64,000 bases of DNA from Torpedo marmorata. Taxonomy: Eukaryota. Under the pieces are notes generated by a model that was not told where the DNA came from, did not search any database, and worked only from the letters and a program-made list of their open reading frames with translations. A program made the position numbers and the translations under genes. Every line of letters begins with the position of its first letter. Position 1 is the stretch's first letter. The stretch covers positions 311,240,001-311,304,000 of the forward strand of contig OZ360220.1 of assembly GCA_977017645.1 (NCBI GenBank). The letters are read 5' to 3'. Of this stretch, positions 1-13,905 are shown one piece after another.

Positions 1-250
1 AAGCAGGGAAAACTTGAAAAAGAAACAAAGAACCACTAAGCAAGCAAGAAAGGGAAGATAGATTATGAAAGTACACCAACACAAGATTGTAAAATTTTTT
101 AATAATCATATAAAAGCGGAAATGAGTAGCTAAAGTGAAAGTAGATCCTTTGAAGAAGAGATAAATGAATTAATATTGGGTTATGTGGAAACAGCAGAGG
201 CTTTGGACAACTATTTTGCGTCAGTTTTCACAGTGAAGGACACGTCTAAC
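1..250 (+). mobile_element. Decayed CR1 LINE ORF2 fragment (left part; continues at 8229)
   Basis: Encodes ETAEALDNYFASVFT, typical of the CR1 EN-RT linker. It joins 8229 onward once the TAAC-flanked insertion is removed. Confidence 0.75.
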
Positions 251-1370
251 AGTTACGAATTAACAAACCCTGTTAGTACTAACAAAGGAACATCAATGAA
301 ATATGCACCAGACAATGGTAAATTCAAAAATAGTTTTTATTTAAAACTATTAATAACATAACATATCTTACTTGTCTCTAAACTTAACTCTAACTTACCC
401 ACTATGTGGAAATGTAAATGTGTGTGTGTGTGTTAAAGTCCAAACTATTTAAATTTAAACTTAAATCTGAAAAAGTCAATTTTTAAAGTCCAGTTTCCAA
501 CTTCTTTTGTTGAACTTCAGGATCCCTTTCAAATTGTAAGTCAGAAGTTATTATAAAGCAAGAATGGAGCATTCGATTTCTTTCAAACTCACACGTCTTT
601 TGATTAGTTGTCTTTCAGAGATAGTCTTCATACGAGTGTGTTCACAAGTTTCCCCCTATCTTGTTAGGGTTACGGAACTGTAATCTTCAAAATGATTTCT
701 TTCTTAATCAGGAGTAACATACGGTGATGTCCTCTTTTCTTAGAAAAGAATTTGAAAGTGGTCTTACTTATTTTAAAAGCCACTTATATGGTGTATCTCC
801 TATGATAAGGATAATACACAGAAACAGCACCTCCATTCATTCAGAGATCACTGCTCATAAAATGATTCTACCTTTCCAGAATATCAAAGTTCTTCAGAAT
901 TTAAATATTTGTCTTTCCAAAGTGTCAGCGTTTCTTCAGTCTGGTGCAGACTGTTTCTTTTCAAAATGTCCCTCTCCTTTCATTATATATTTCTCACATC
1001 ATGTGACATTACATCACCACAGTTTTAGTTTAATTTTCGAATGAATTAACTCATGCCTTTCTTCAAAATCACTTACATTCACAAAAACATCTGAACTCAT
1101 CTCTGTTCCAAGATTATAAGTGATTACGACTCCGAATAGTCTAGTACGTCACTCAAATGGCACGAGTTTGCAACAGCTGCTATCATAAGGCTTTTAGAAA
1201 CCACACATTGTCCTTAAATCACTTAAATGCACTTCTGTTTCATTGGCTGTTGTCTTCTTAGACGCGGCGACTCCACACTGAACTCTCTCTCTTAGTAATG
1301 GGTTTTTCCTGCAAATGTGCTGCGACTTGTGTGACCCTGTACCAGCCCACAACTAACCTTACTAAGATTT

Positions 1371-2298
1371 TGTTACAAATTCAAACCAGCAACGACTGAA
1401 GACGCAATGCAAAAGGGGTAAAATTGAAATTTATATTTATTAAAGACAATTAAACATATAATTTCACAATTAACCCCACTATAAAAGTCTATAAACACTA
1501 TTCTTATCTAAAAGGTGTGTGTGTGTGTGTGTAAAGCCCAGACCATTACAGTCAGTGCCCAACCCTCATGTAAAAATGGAAAAACTTTCCCCAAAAACCC
1601 CAGGTCAGTCATAAAAACCAGTCAGTCAAAAAAAATAATACAGTCCACAAAAATTCACTTTCTAAGTTCAGGTTCCAAATTTAGCTCTGTGTGCTGTAGA
1701 GAAGGACTTCTTAATGAACGTTGGAGAGAGACAACGACTGGTTATGCTTACGAATACTTGGCTTGCTTTTCTTCTCTGATGACGTTCCCTTCTTGTATTT
1801 TCATAAGGATTGCGAATTCAGATCCGTTTTGGATTAAGGCGTAATACTTGGATTTCACAGCCGGTTCCTCACAAAAGCTGTTCTCACAACTCAGGATTCT
1901 GCCGAATCATCAGGCCTTGTTTTTCTCTGGGATGCACAAGCCTGGACTTTTCTGATTCAAGAGACTCTGTGCTATTCTCCCCACTTCTTCTCTGGGATGC
2001 ACAGGCCTGGATCCTACTGAGTTCTCCTGCCTTTGCAACTCCAAAAATGCCACACTTTTAGTTTTCAATTTAGGCCTCACAATAGAGAGAGAGTTTTTCT
2101 CTCCAGCCTTATTATTCCAAAGTTTTTCTTCAAGTGTCCTTTTCACAGTTTGTCTCCCCCTGATGTCTCTCTCTGGTAAATACAAGTAGTCCTGGGCAAG
2201 TTAACTCTTTCAGTACCAGGTCCCAGTGTATACTCCAAAAGACTTCATCCTTCCTGCTTACCGTCCGCAGTCCAAACTGTCAGTCATGGTCCATAACA
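1371..2298 (-). repeat. 3' LTR of the Gmr1-like element
   Basis: TGTTACAAAT...CCATAACA, near-identical to 7232-8169, adjacent to the PPT. Confidence 0.93.
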
Positions 2299-2426
2299 CC
2301 TCCCACCAACAAAGAGAAGTTTGGTCTGCAAAAACAAAATTTTAGAAATTGAGGTGTTACAATATAAACAAAACCCACAATGTTCATCCACAAATACAAA
2401 ATATGAACTATTTTCATTGATAAAGT

Positions 2427-3659
2427 TTAACATCTAGAAAGACAATCAGCAATTACATTATCTTTCCCTTTTATATGTGTTATTACCAAATGATATTCTT
2501 GCAAAATTAGACTCCAATTCAACAACCGTCGATTCTTATTTTTCATTTTACAAAGAAAAACCAATGGATTATGGTCAGTATACACTATGAGTGGTTTTTG
2601 AGCTGTACAGATATAAACATCAAAGTGTTGTAGAGCCAACACAAGAGCCAATAACTCTTTTTCTATGGTGGAATAATTCCTTTGATGATCATTGAACTTC
2701 TTCGAGAAGTAGGATACCGGATGGTCAATGTCCTCTTCGTTCTTCTTCTGTAACAGCACCGCGCCCACAGCTTCATCGCTGGCATCCACGGCTAAAGAAA
2801 ACGGCTGTTCTAAATTAGGTGTCTTAAGCACAGGTTGGTGGCATAACATAGCTTTCAATTTGACAAATGCTTCCTGACAACCTGTCGACCATACAAATTT
2901 TTCTTTCTTTCTAAGCAAATTTGTGAGAGGGAGCGCAAGATCAGCAAAGTTTTTACAGAACTTGCGGTAGTAGCCAATCATTCCCAGGAACCTCCTCAGA
3001 GTTTTCTTACCAGTTGGAACAGGGAACTCGGAAATAGTCACAACCTTTTCCTCTACTGGCGCCAACTGCCCCTGTCCTACTACATAACCCAGATAAATAA
3101 CAGTAGCATGTCCAAACTCACTTTTACTTAAATTAACTGTGAGATTTGCTTTGGACAGTCGTTCGAACAATTGTCTGAGCTCAAAGACATGCTCTTCCCA
3201 GGTCTCACTACTTACAATTAAATCATCAATGTAAACACCTGTGTTTTTCAACCGTTGAATTACTGAATTAATCATTCTCTGAAATGTTCCTGGAGCATTC
3301 TTCATACCAAAAGGCATAACATTATACTCATACAGCCCAAAAGGTGTTACGAATGCAGAAATCTCCCTAGCACTTTTTGTCAAAGGAACACACCAGTACC
3401 CTTTTAATAAGTCAATTTTTGTAAGAAATTTGGCCTTCCCCACCTTTTCTATACAATCGTCTATTCTAGGAATAGAATAAGCATCTGTCTTTGTTACAGC
3501 ATTTACTTTCCTATAATCAGTGCAAAACTTAACCGTTCCATCAGGGTTAGGCACTAAAACACAAGGGGAACTCCAATTGGAAGTTGACTTTCGAATGATA
3601 TTGTTCTTTACCATGTAGTCAATTTCCTGATCTACCAGTTTGCACTTTTCCGCATTGAT
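2427..3659 (-). pseudogene. Gypsy reverse transcriptase-RNase H
   Basis: Motifs WSSPCVLV, CTDYRKVN, KIDLLKGYW, MPFGMKNAP, YIDD, and RNase H DAS...YSTIEKELLA...TDHNPL...NVIADCLSR. Confidence 0.93.
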
Positions 3660-5141
3660 TCAATATGGATGCTGTTTTATCGGTCTTGCATCTCCTACAT
3701 CCACATCATGATAAGCGATGGAAATTTTCTGAGGCACATCGGGAAATAAATTTATAAATTTTAAAAATAACTGACTCATCTCTTCCTTTTCTGAAGTTTT
3801 CAGATGAGCCAACTTTGTCTCCAGATTGCACAAAATCATGGAATTTTCTAACCTCCGGCTTATCAATTTCTGTGTCCCATGACCCTCTCTGAAACTGGTT
3901 TCATCTGTCTCCTCCTTACCCTGATTAATAACCAGTACCTCTGGTAAATTTTCAGTCCCTTTTTGCGGCACCTGTTCAAAATATGGCTTAATCATATTCA
4001 CATGACAGACCTGTGTGTCTCGTCTGCGATTAGGTGTTTCTATGACATAAGTGACATCATTAATTTTTGACTTAACTCTATAGGGTCCTGAAAATCTAGC
4101 CCTAAGAGGATTTGAATGGATGGGAAACAGAACTAATACGTTCTCACCAGGTTTAAAAGTTCTCATCTTAGCCTTTCGATCATACCAAACCTTCATTCTC
4201 TGTTGAGTGGCCTTTAAATTCTCCTTTGCCATCTCACAAGCCCTATGCAACCGATCCTTAAATTTGGAAACATAATCTAACAGATTTAAATGCACATCAC
4301 TATTAATCCACTGTTCTTTTAATAATCTTAAAGGACTTCTCACCTCATATCCGAAAACTAACTCGAATGGACTAAAACCAAGTGATTCTTGGACAGACTC
4401 CCTTGCTGCAAATAACAACAAATGAACCCCCTCATCCCAATCCTTTTCCTTCTCACAACAATAGGTTCTAATCATGTTTTTCAAAGTCGAATGGAACCTC
4501 TCCAAGGCCCCTTCACTTTCTGGATGGTACGCAGAGGATACAATCTGTTTAACTCTCAGTCCATCACCCACTTGTTGGAAAACGCCTGACATGAAATTAT
4601 TGCCCTGATCTGATTGAATTTCCCTTGGCAAACCTACCAAGGTGAAAAACTTTACCATAGCCTTTACAATTGACTTTGCTTTAATGTTTCTCAGAGGAAT
4701 GGCCTCTGGAAATCTGGTGGCTGCACACATAATTGTTAACAAACACTCATTCCTCGCTTTGGTTTTGGGCAATGGGCCAACACAGTCCACAATCACTCTC
4801 GAGAAAGGCTCACTGAAAGCAGGGATAGGTTGCAAGGGTGCCACCGGGGGATCCTGATTAGGTGTACCCACCACCTGACAAGTGTGACAGGCCCGGCAAA
4901 ACCTTACAACCTCCCTTCTCAAACTGGGCCAATAAAATTGTTTCATTATCTTCCTTATAGTTTTCTTCACCCCGAGGTGACCACCTAAGGGTGTACTATG
5001 AGCCAAAGTTATTATTGCATCCCTATATGCTTTAGGGATCACAACCTGCTGCACTACTGCCCATTCTTCATTGGCAGGAACATCACATGGTCTCCACTTT
5101 CTCATCAACACCCCATCTTTTTCATAATAACCCACTGGCAC
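3660..5141 (-). pseudogene. Gypsy integrase (HHCC plus DDE), upstream of RT
   Basis: AHSTPLGGHLG...CHTC zinc finger; VDCVGP, SDQG and ERFHSTLK core; GPY-like FSGPY. In-frame stops at 3660 and 5142. Confidence 0.92.
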
Positions 5142-5450
5142 TTAGTTAATCTCCTCTTCAGAGAGAACCTTATCCCTCACCTCAGCAAGATCAGGATCGT
5201 CCTTTTGCCTTGCTATTAGCTCCTGTCGGGATAGTGACAAATCTGTGCCTTTAGGTGTCTTATCAGTGGATGGGTGTAACAAAGGAGATTGCTCAACCTT
5301 TTCCAGGTGTTCTTGATTATCACTGACTTTTTCTTTCACCAAGTTATTTTCCACTGCTTTCTCTACAGTGACATTTTTCTTAGACATGGCCCTGGTTATG
5401 ACACATGCCGGATAAATATCAGAGTCTTTCTCTGACTTATCAATGACTGG

Positions 5451-5873
5451 CTAAGTGGTCATTCGCACTGCAGGAACTACTTTACCCTTGGCCAAGTCAT
5501 TGCCTAGCAACAGTGAGACTCCTTCTACTGGCAATTCTGATCTCACTCCTATTGTAACTGGTCCTTCCACCAAGTCTGAGTCCAATACTATTTTGTGCAA
5601 AGGAATGGACTCAACATCACCCCCAATTCCTTTAATTAAATTTATGTCACCGGTATCAGTAGCTTCACAAAATTCCAAGACACTATCTAACACAAGTGAC
5701 TGAGCAGCTCCAGTATCTCGCAAGATTTTCACTGGAACTTGTTTTGATCCTGCCTTAACTGAAACAAAACCATCAGTCACAAAAGGTTTAAATACATCTC
5801 TAACTTTGTCAGTAAATTTATCTTCTTCCTGGGTGTTATGCCTCTTCTCACTCTGAATACAAGCATTAGGCAT
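5451..5873 (-). pseudogene. Gypsy aspartic protease
   Basis: ILRDTGA active site and LLLGNDL. Confidence 0.88.
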
Positions 5874-5899
5874 TGCATCCTTTTCTCTCTTCTTTTTCC

Positions 5900-7097
5900 A
5901 ACACTGGACAACTTGCTAGCATATGACCAGCCTTCCTACAGTAGTGGCAAATGGGACCCGAATGGTTTTCCCTTTTCCACTTTCCTTCATCCCTTTCCTT
6001 AACACCACTTCCAAATTTACTTTCCACTTGCTTGTGATTATCCAGTGACCTTTTGGAAAATTCTACCTAACGTCCACTTAGGCTTGTGGGTTAAAGCATA
6101 TTCATCTGCTAACTTAGCTGAATTTTGCCAAGTTTTCACCTCCTTTTCATCTAAGTATGCCTTAATATCCTCAGGAACACACCTTTTTATCTCCTCGATT
6201 ATTATCAATTCTCTCAATTGATTGTAATCATTGTTTACTGCCTTAGATGTGCACCACCTGTCAAAACACACAACCTTTTCAAAGGCAAACTCTGTGTAAG
6301 ATTGGGTTGCTGATCTTTTAAAATTTCTAAACTTCTGTCTATAAGCCTCTGGAACTAACTTATAAGCCTGGAGTATAGCCTTTTTCACCGTTTCATAATC
6401 AGCAGCTTGCTCCGTGGTAAGAGTAGAATAAGCTTGCTGAGATTTTCCTTTTATTACACTTTGTAACATAAGAGACCATTGGTCTTGTGGCCATTTTAAT
6501 TTCACAGCCACCTTCTCAAAATGCTGGAAGTACTTATCTATTTCTGCCTCCTCAAATGGAGGAACCAACCTAACTTCTGCACTAGCCAAAAACCCCACAA
6601 CTGGATGACGAATTTGATCTTGGTGCTCTTCTTGTCTCCCCTCATTTTCCAACTTTATCTTTTCCAGCATATATCTCCTATTCCTCTCATCGTTCTCGTA
6701 TCTCTTTAGTTCCAATTCCGTGTCTAATTTCTTTTTTTCCAGTTCCAATTCCAATTTCTTTTGTTCCCTGTCTGCCTCCAATTCTAATTTCTTTTGTTCC
6801 CTGGCTGCCTCCAATTCTAATTTCTTTTGTTCCCTGGCTGCCTCCAATTCCAATTTCTTTAGTTCCAACTGTATGTTTTCAGAAGGTTTACCCTTGGGAA
6901 ACTGCTCTAACATGCTCTCCTCAAATTTTTTTTCTTTTATATAGTATTAGACAATTTTTCTCCCGATCTCTGCCTTTTTCATTGATGATTTTACTGAAGC
7001 AATGCCCAACCCTGTTGCTATAGCCACTAACTGTTCCTTTTTCTCCTTTTTTTCAAGTATCAGGTTCAGGTGATTCCAAAAATTTTCCTACATCCAT
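5900..7097 (-). pseudogene. Gmr1-like gag (coiled coil, SCAN-like capsid domain, CCHC knuckle), frameshifted
   Basis: ATG at 7097. LELEAAREQKK repeats. PEAYRQKFR...LRELIIIEE SCAN-like motifs. CHYCRKAGHMLASC at about 5908-5950. Confidence 0.85.
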
Positions 7098-7214
7098 TGA
7101 TGCTGGTTTTTCGTTACACACACACTAGCTTTTAATTAGCTTTACAAAAGGAATGTCTTAAACCAGACTGGGATTCCTTCAATTACCAAGATGGATTTTT
7201 TATTCAAATCCAAA

Positions 7215-7227
7215 GGACGAGCCCCCA
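7215..7227 (-). promoter_or_regulatory. Primer-binding site, tRNA-Pro
   Basis: TGGGGGCTCGTCC just inside the 5' LTR, complementary to the tRNA-Pro 3' end. Confidence 0.88.
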
Positions 7228-7231
7228 ATTT

Positions 7232-8169
7232 TGTTACAAATTCAAACCAGCAACAACAGAAGACGCAATGCAAAAGGGGTAAAATTGAAATTTATATTTA
7301 TTAAAGACAATTAAACATATAATTTCACACCAATTAACCCCACTATAAACGTCTATAAACACTATTCTTATCTAAAAGGTGTGTGTGTGTAAAGCCCAGA
7401 CCATTACAGTCTATGCCCAACCCTCATGTAAAAATGAAAAAACTTTCCCCAAAAACCCCAGGTCAGTCATAAAAACAAGTCAGTCAAAAAAAATAATACA
7501 GTCCACAAAAACTCACTTTCTAAGTTCAGGTTCCAAATTCAGCTCTGTGTGCTGTAGAGAAGGACTTCTTAATGAACGTTGGAGAGAGACAATGACTGGT
7601 TATGCTTACAAATACTTGGCTTGCTTTTCTTCTCTGATGACGTTCCCTTCTTGTGTTTTCATAAGGATTGCGAATTCAGATCCGTTTTGGATTAAGGCGT
7701 AATACTTGGATTTCACAGCCGGTTCCTCACAAAAGCTGTTCTCACAACTCAGGATTCTGCCGAATCATCAGGCCTTGTTTTTCTCCCAGCCTTTTCCCTG
7801 GGATGCACAAGCCTGGACTTTTCTTATTCAAGAGACTCTGTGCTATTCTCCCCACTTCTTCTCTGGGATGCACAGGCCTGGATCCTACTGAGTTCTCCCG
7901 CCTTTGCAACTCCAAAACTGCCACACTTTTAGTTTACACTTTAGGCCTCACAATAAAGAGAGAGTTTTTCTCTCCAGCCTTCTTATTCCAAAGTTTTTCC
8001 CCAAGTGTCCTTTTCACAGTTTGTCTCCCCCTGATGTCTCTCTCTGGTAAATACAAGAAGTCCTGGGCAAGTTAACTCTTTCAGTACCAGGTCCCAGTGT
8101 ATACTCCAAAAGACTTCATCCTTCCTGCTTACCGTCCGCAGTCCAAACTGTCAGTCATGGTCCATAACA
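7232..8169 (-). repeat. 5' LTR of the Gmr1-like element
   Basis: TG...CA termini, copy of 1371-2298, followed by the PBS. Confidence 0.93.
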
Positions 8170-8228
8170 ATATATAATTCTATAACTTAACTTTAAGTAT
8201 TAATATTAACATTAACACATCTGTTACA

Positions 8229-11200
8229 TAACATGCAAAAGAGAAATGGTATGGATACAATGGGAGGTGAGGACTTCAATCGCTATCACTAAAGAGGTAG
8301 TGCTGAGCAAACTAGTGAGACTAATGGAAGTTAACTCCCCTGGTCCTGATGGAATGCATCCCAGGATACTGAAAGAATTGTCAGATGTTGTAGTAAAAGT
8401 GTTTGTGATAATTTACCAAACTTCTCTGGGCAGGACCCGCTAGATTGAAAAATAGCGAATGTCACACCACTGTTTAAAAATGGATGTTGGCACAGGCAGG
8501 TATCTATAGCCCAGTTAGCTTAACATCTATCGTCAGGAAAATGCTTGAAGCTATCATTAAGGAAGTGAGATCTTGAGATAAAAATAGTTCCATCAGATGG
8601 ACACAGCATGGATTCAAGGACAGGATATTTTTAACAAATTTACTGATTTCTTTGAAGATATAACAAGTGCAATGGATAGAAGGGAACAGGTGGTGTTCAA
8701 GAAGGTGCTGCATAAAAGGCTAATCCACAAGATAAGGATCTCTGGTATTGGGAATAATATCAGCATGGTTAAAGGATTGGTTAGCCAATAGAGGGCAGAG
8801 AGTTGGGATAAATGGGTGTGCCTCTGAATAGCAATTAGTGGTGAGCAGAGCACCATGGAGGCCTGCAACTGTTCACAACATATTGTATATTAACGATTTG
8901 GAAGAGGGGATGGAGTGTAGAGTTTTTAAGTTTACTGATGACACCGAGTTAAGTGGAAAGGCAAATTGTGCAGAGGATGCAGAAAGTCTGCAGAGACACA
9001 TGGGCAGGATAAGTGAGAAGGCAGGGTCTAGCACACAGAGTACAATGTTTGTAAAGGCAAGGTCATTCACTTTGGAAGGAAAAATAGAACATAAGATTAC
9101 AATTTAAATGGTGAAAAAATGCAGAATGCTATGGTGTATTGCGAGTACTTGTGCATGAATCGCACAAAGTTGATTTGCAGATGCAGCAGGTAATAGAGAA
9201 GACAAATGGAATGTTGGCTTCATTGCAAGAGTTTTTTTTTGTTTTTTTTTAATTATTTTATTTAAATTTTTAAATCACACAATACATAAATCAAAATATA
9301 TAGTTTCCAAAATACAAGTGATATAAATTTCCTCCCCCCGCACCCTCCCACCCTTCCCTAACCCCCCCAACCCCACTATTCTAAAAATAGTTTAAAAAAA
9401 AGAAAAAGAAAAAAAAAGATTAATAGTGAGGAGAGAACCATCTAAAAACTAATTTTATTCTGGAGGTTAAACTTGCCAATAGACCTGATTTCTAGAGATT
9501 TCAAATCCTTAAACCCATAACTCTCATATATGGGCTCCAAATTTTTAAAAAAGAATGATATTTATTGCGTAAATTATAAGTAATCTTTTCCAAAGGAATA
9601 CATGAACGAAGTTCTGCATGCCACCTATCTAAACTTAAATCTAAATCTGATTTCCAAGTAATAGCAATACATTTTTTTGAGACAGCTAAAACAATTTGCA
9701 AAAATTCTACCTGATACATATTCAATCTATTCCTAATACTAAATTTTCTAATATTTCCAAATAAAAATAACATAGGGTCCATTGGAAACATAACGTTAAA
9801 AACTCTATCTAAAAAATTCTTAACTTTCAACCAAAAATCTTGAATCTTTGGGCATAACCATGTAGAATGAACAAAAGAACCTACTTCATTCTTACATATA
9901 AAACACAAGTCCGACAATGTCGGATTAAATTTCTTTAATTTTTTTGGTGTTAAATATAGTTGATGAAAAAAATTATATTGTACTAATCTATATCTAACAT
10001 TAATAACTTTAGTCATACTTAATTTACATAAATCTTTCCAATGATTTTCAGCTATATTAACATTTAAATCTAATTCCCATTTTAGTCTTGATTTATGTAA
10101 TCCTACTTTAGGCATTTTTCTCTGAAATAATTTATACATTTGAGAAATAAACTTATTAACATTTGCTTTAGTTATTAATAATTCTAACTCATTATGTCTT
10201 GGAGCAATCAAATCTTCTCCTAATTTCTCAATCAAAAAAGCTTTAACTTGATAATAAGCTAACCATGTATTGTCATTAATACATTAAATTTTTTCTTCAA
10301 TCTTTGAAACGTAACAAATCTTCCAGCCTCAAAACAATCTTTAAAATTCTTAATTCCTTTTGAAACCACGCTTTCAATAATTGATTATTCATAGTAAATA
10401 ATAAAAGTGGATTTTGATATAATGGCATATTTAAAGAAATTAATCCTTTCCCACCTATTTCTTTATCTACCTGTGTCCAAATTTCCAACAAATGTTTAAT
10501 AATCGGTGAATTTTTCTTTTTTACTAATAATAATTTAGAATTCTACTTATAGATAATATCCTCTTTATAATTTTCTCCTATATTATTTAATTCTATATTA
10601 ACCCAAGCAGAATTTTTAGTTAAATCAAAAAATTCATTAAGAAATTTTAATTGAGCTGCTTTATAATAATATTGAAAATTAGGAAGTTGCAATCCTCCCA
10701 TCTCATAATTCCATGTTAACTTATCCATACTCACTCTTGCTAACTTCTCTTTCCATAAAAATTTCCTGATAATAAACTTTAAATCTTTAAAAAAAATTTT
10801 TGGAATTCCAAAAGGAATTGATTGAAAAAGATATTGAATTCTTGGAAAAATATTCATCTTAATACAATTTACTCTCCCCATTAAAGTTATAGGCAAATCT
10901 TTCCAATTTTCCAAATCTTTCTTTATTTTCGTAAATAAGGGTACATAATTTAATTTATATAAATTTTCTAATTTTGTATCCACTTTAATTCCCAAATATT
11001 TAATTCCTTCTTTTGCCCCCTTAAATTCCGTAACTTCTCTACACCTAGTATAATCACCTTGAGATAAAGCCATTATTTCACTTTTATCTGAATTAATTTT
11101 ATACCCAGATATTTCACCATATTCTGTTAATATGATAGCTAATTGTTGAAGTGATGTAATAGATTTCGTCATATATATTAATACATCATCTGCAAACAAA

Positions 11201-13720
11201 CTAATCTTAAGTTCTTCCATACCTACTTTAATCCCTACTATATTAGGATCTGTCCTAATCAATTCAGCTAAAGGTTCTATTGCCAAAACAAATAAAGCTG
11301 GTGATAGAGGACATCCCTGTCTCGTAGAACGCGTTAAAGGAAATTTTGGCGATATTTGTCCATTTGTAATTACTTTAGCTGTAGGTTCTTTATATATAGT
11401 TTTAATCCAATTTATAAAAATATTCCCAAAACCTAATTTCTCTAACACCTTAAATAAAAAATTCCATTCTAATCTATCAAAAGCCTTTTCTGCATCCAAC
11501 GTTACCACCAGTGGTAAATCCTGTTTCTTTTTATATAAATTAATTAAACTTAATAATCTAGCTATATTATCTTTTGAATATCTATTTTTAATAAAACCAG
11601 CTTGATCTGGATGTATCAAATTTGGTAAATATTTAGCTATTCTATTAGCCAAAATTTTTGCCATAATTTTATAATCTACATTTAATAAAGAAATAGGTCT
11701 ATATGACTCAGTTTTTAATACATCTCTATCTTTCTTTGGTATAACTGTAATAATAGCATTCAAAAAAGTTTTTGGTAATAAATGGGTTTCCGTAATTTGA
11801 TTCAATACCTCCATATATGGAGGTATTAATAGATCTTTAAATTCCTTATAAAATTCTACTGGAAATCCATCATCACCAGGAGATTTACCACTTTTCAACG
11901 TCGATAAAACTTCATTAACTTCTCTCATCGTAAAAGGTAAATCCAAAGAATTTTTATTCTGAATATTTAATTTAGGTAAAGTAATTCTAGACAAAAATCT
12001 ATTAATTTTCAAATCATCCTGACCAACCTGGGATCTATATAAATTCTGATAATAATCTTTAAAAGATTCATTTATTTCTTGGGGTTTATAAGTTATTTCA
12101 CCAGAATTTTTTTTCCTTATAGCATTTATAGTTTTAGAAACTTGTTCTTTTTTCAATTGCCATGCTAAAACCTTATGAGCTTTTTCTCCTAATTCATAAT
12201 ATCTTTGTTTCATTCTCTCAATTAATTTTTCCGTTTTATAAGTTTGTAATAAATTATAATGTAACTTCCTCCTCATTAAACGGTTTCTCTTACGAATTGA
12301 TTTATTTCTCTGTAAATCTTTTTCCATAATCTCAATCTCCTTCTCTAATTTTTCTGCTTCCTCAAATAATCTTTCTTAATTTTTGCCGAATAGCTTATTA
12401 TCAAACCTCTAAGATAAGCTTTTAAAGTTTCCCAAATTATAAATTTATCATTAATTGATTGATCATTTATCCTCAAAAATTCCTGAATTTCCCTTCTCAT
12501 ATATTCACAAAAATCTGTCCTTTTCAATAAAGAAGAATCAAATCTCCAATTAAATATAGTTTTCTCCTTTTCTGGAATTATACATGTCATTAACAAAGGT
12601 GAATGGTCTGAAATTATTCTCGCTTTATTATGATACCTGTGATATTCTATCTTGAATTTGTGAAGATATTAAAAACAAATCTATCCTAGAGTATGAATCA
12701 TGTCTAAAAGAATAAAAAGAATAATCTTTCTCTCTAGGGTTCAATTTCCTCCAAATATCTATTAAATTCAAATCTTTCATCAAACTAATAATTCTTTTAA
12801 CTATTTTAGGTTTAACAGACGATCTAGAAGTCCTATCCATTATTGAATCTAAACAACAATTGAAATCCCCCCCAATTAAAATATTTTCCTTAGCATCTGA
12901 TAAATGTAAAAATACATCTTGAATAAATTGTTCATCATCTGGGTTTGAAACATATAAATTCATAAGAGTCCAAAATTCTGAATAAATCTGACAATATACC
13001 AAAACATATCTACCTGCCACATCTATTACTACCGATTGTATCTTAAAAGGTAGTTTTTTATTAACTAAAATTGCTACCCCTCTAGCTTTAGAATTAAATG
13101 TAGAAGCTACCACATGTCGGCTTCATTGCAAGAGTGATTGAATTTAAGAACAGGCAGGTTCTGCTGCAACTGTACAGGGTACTGGTGAGGCCACACCTGG
13201 AGTACTGCGTGCAATTCTGATCTCCTTACGTGAGAAAAGATGTACTGGAAGTGTTGCAGAGGTGGTTCATCAGGTTGATTCCAGAGAAAAGGGGATAAGC
13301 CTATGAGCAGAAATTAGCATGGGACAATACTCACTGGAATTCAGAAAAATGAGAGGGCATCTTATAGAAACCTGAACTGGATAGACTGGGACTTTTCTCC
13401 CTGGAGCACAAGAGTCCAAGAAGGGAAGGGGTTAGGAGGCGAAGGTGTGGATGGAAATAAAGCGCAAGGGAATCTAGAACTAGAGTACCTGGATTTAAGA
13501 GGGGGAAGATTTAAACGGGACCGGAGGGGCATGTTCTTAAGAGGGTGCTGGATATCTGGAATGATATGCCAAAAAAAATTGGTAGAACCAGGTACAATTA
13601 TGGCATTTAAAAGACATTTAGACAAGTATACAGATAGGAAAGGTTTAGAGAGATATTGGCCGAAAGAAGGCATATGTGATTAGCTTGGTCAGCATGGACA
13701 TTGGGCTGAAGGGCATGTTT
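8229..13720 (+). mobile_element. Decayed CR1 LINE RT and 3' end (8229-9231 and 13114-13720), interrupted by L1
   Basis: SPGPDGMHPRILKEL, YINDL...KFTDDT and LVRPHLEYCVQF remnants, with many frameshifts. Confidence 0.8.
9232..13113 (-). mobile_element. 5'-truncated L1-clade LINE (ORF2 EN-RT-zinc knuckle, broken by frameshifts)
   Basis: GGDFN and SRIDLF endonuclease; DAEKAFDR, RQGCPLSP and LFADD RT; CFIC...H...C knuckle; poly(A) at 9232-9250; TSD atgt(t/c)ggcttcattgcaagagt at 9211-9232 and 13114-13135. Confidence 0.92.
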
Positions 13721-13905
13721 CTATGATGAAGAACACCATGACCTTTTAAAAGAAAAAAAAAATCACATCACCATCTCACAAGTCTTCATCCACTTGCACC
13801 TGTATGTGAATCACCTGGAGTTAAGCAGTTATTAACAAACTCCAATCGCCTTTTCCACATACCTCAAAGCTGAAATAAAAAAAAGATAACAAATTACATA
13901 CATAC

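Larger units (their letters stand above)
1371..8169 (-). mobile_element. Full-length, decayed Gmr1-like Ty3/Gypsy LTR retrotransposon (gag-PR-IN-RT-RH)
   Basis: Paired TG...CA LTRs at 1371-2298 and 7232-8169. tRNA-Pro PBS. PPT GGTGGGAGG at 2299-2307. TSD ATAT (left copy ATTT). Integrase lies upstream of RT. Confidence 0.93.
251..8228 (-). mobile_element. Solo LTR family A, copy 1 (about 1.18 kb: 251-1370 plus 8170-8228), split by the Gmr1-like element
   Basis: 4-bp TSD TAAC at 247-250 and 8229-8232. Termini (a/t)GTTA...TTACA. Minus-strand AATAAA near 340. Highly similar second copy at 57369-59426. Confidence 0.85.

Noticed and set aside
1-13905. AP3S1 exon 4 (VFVETLDKCFENVCELD...)
   Set aside because: Not seen. 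The interval is almost entirely mobile elements, so the exon probably lies beyond the window start.
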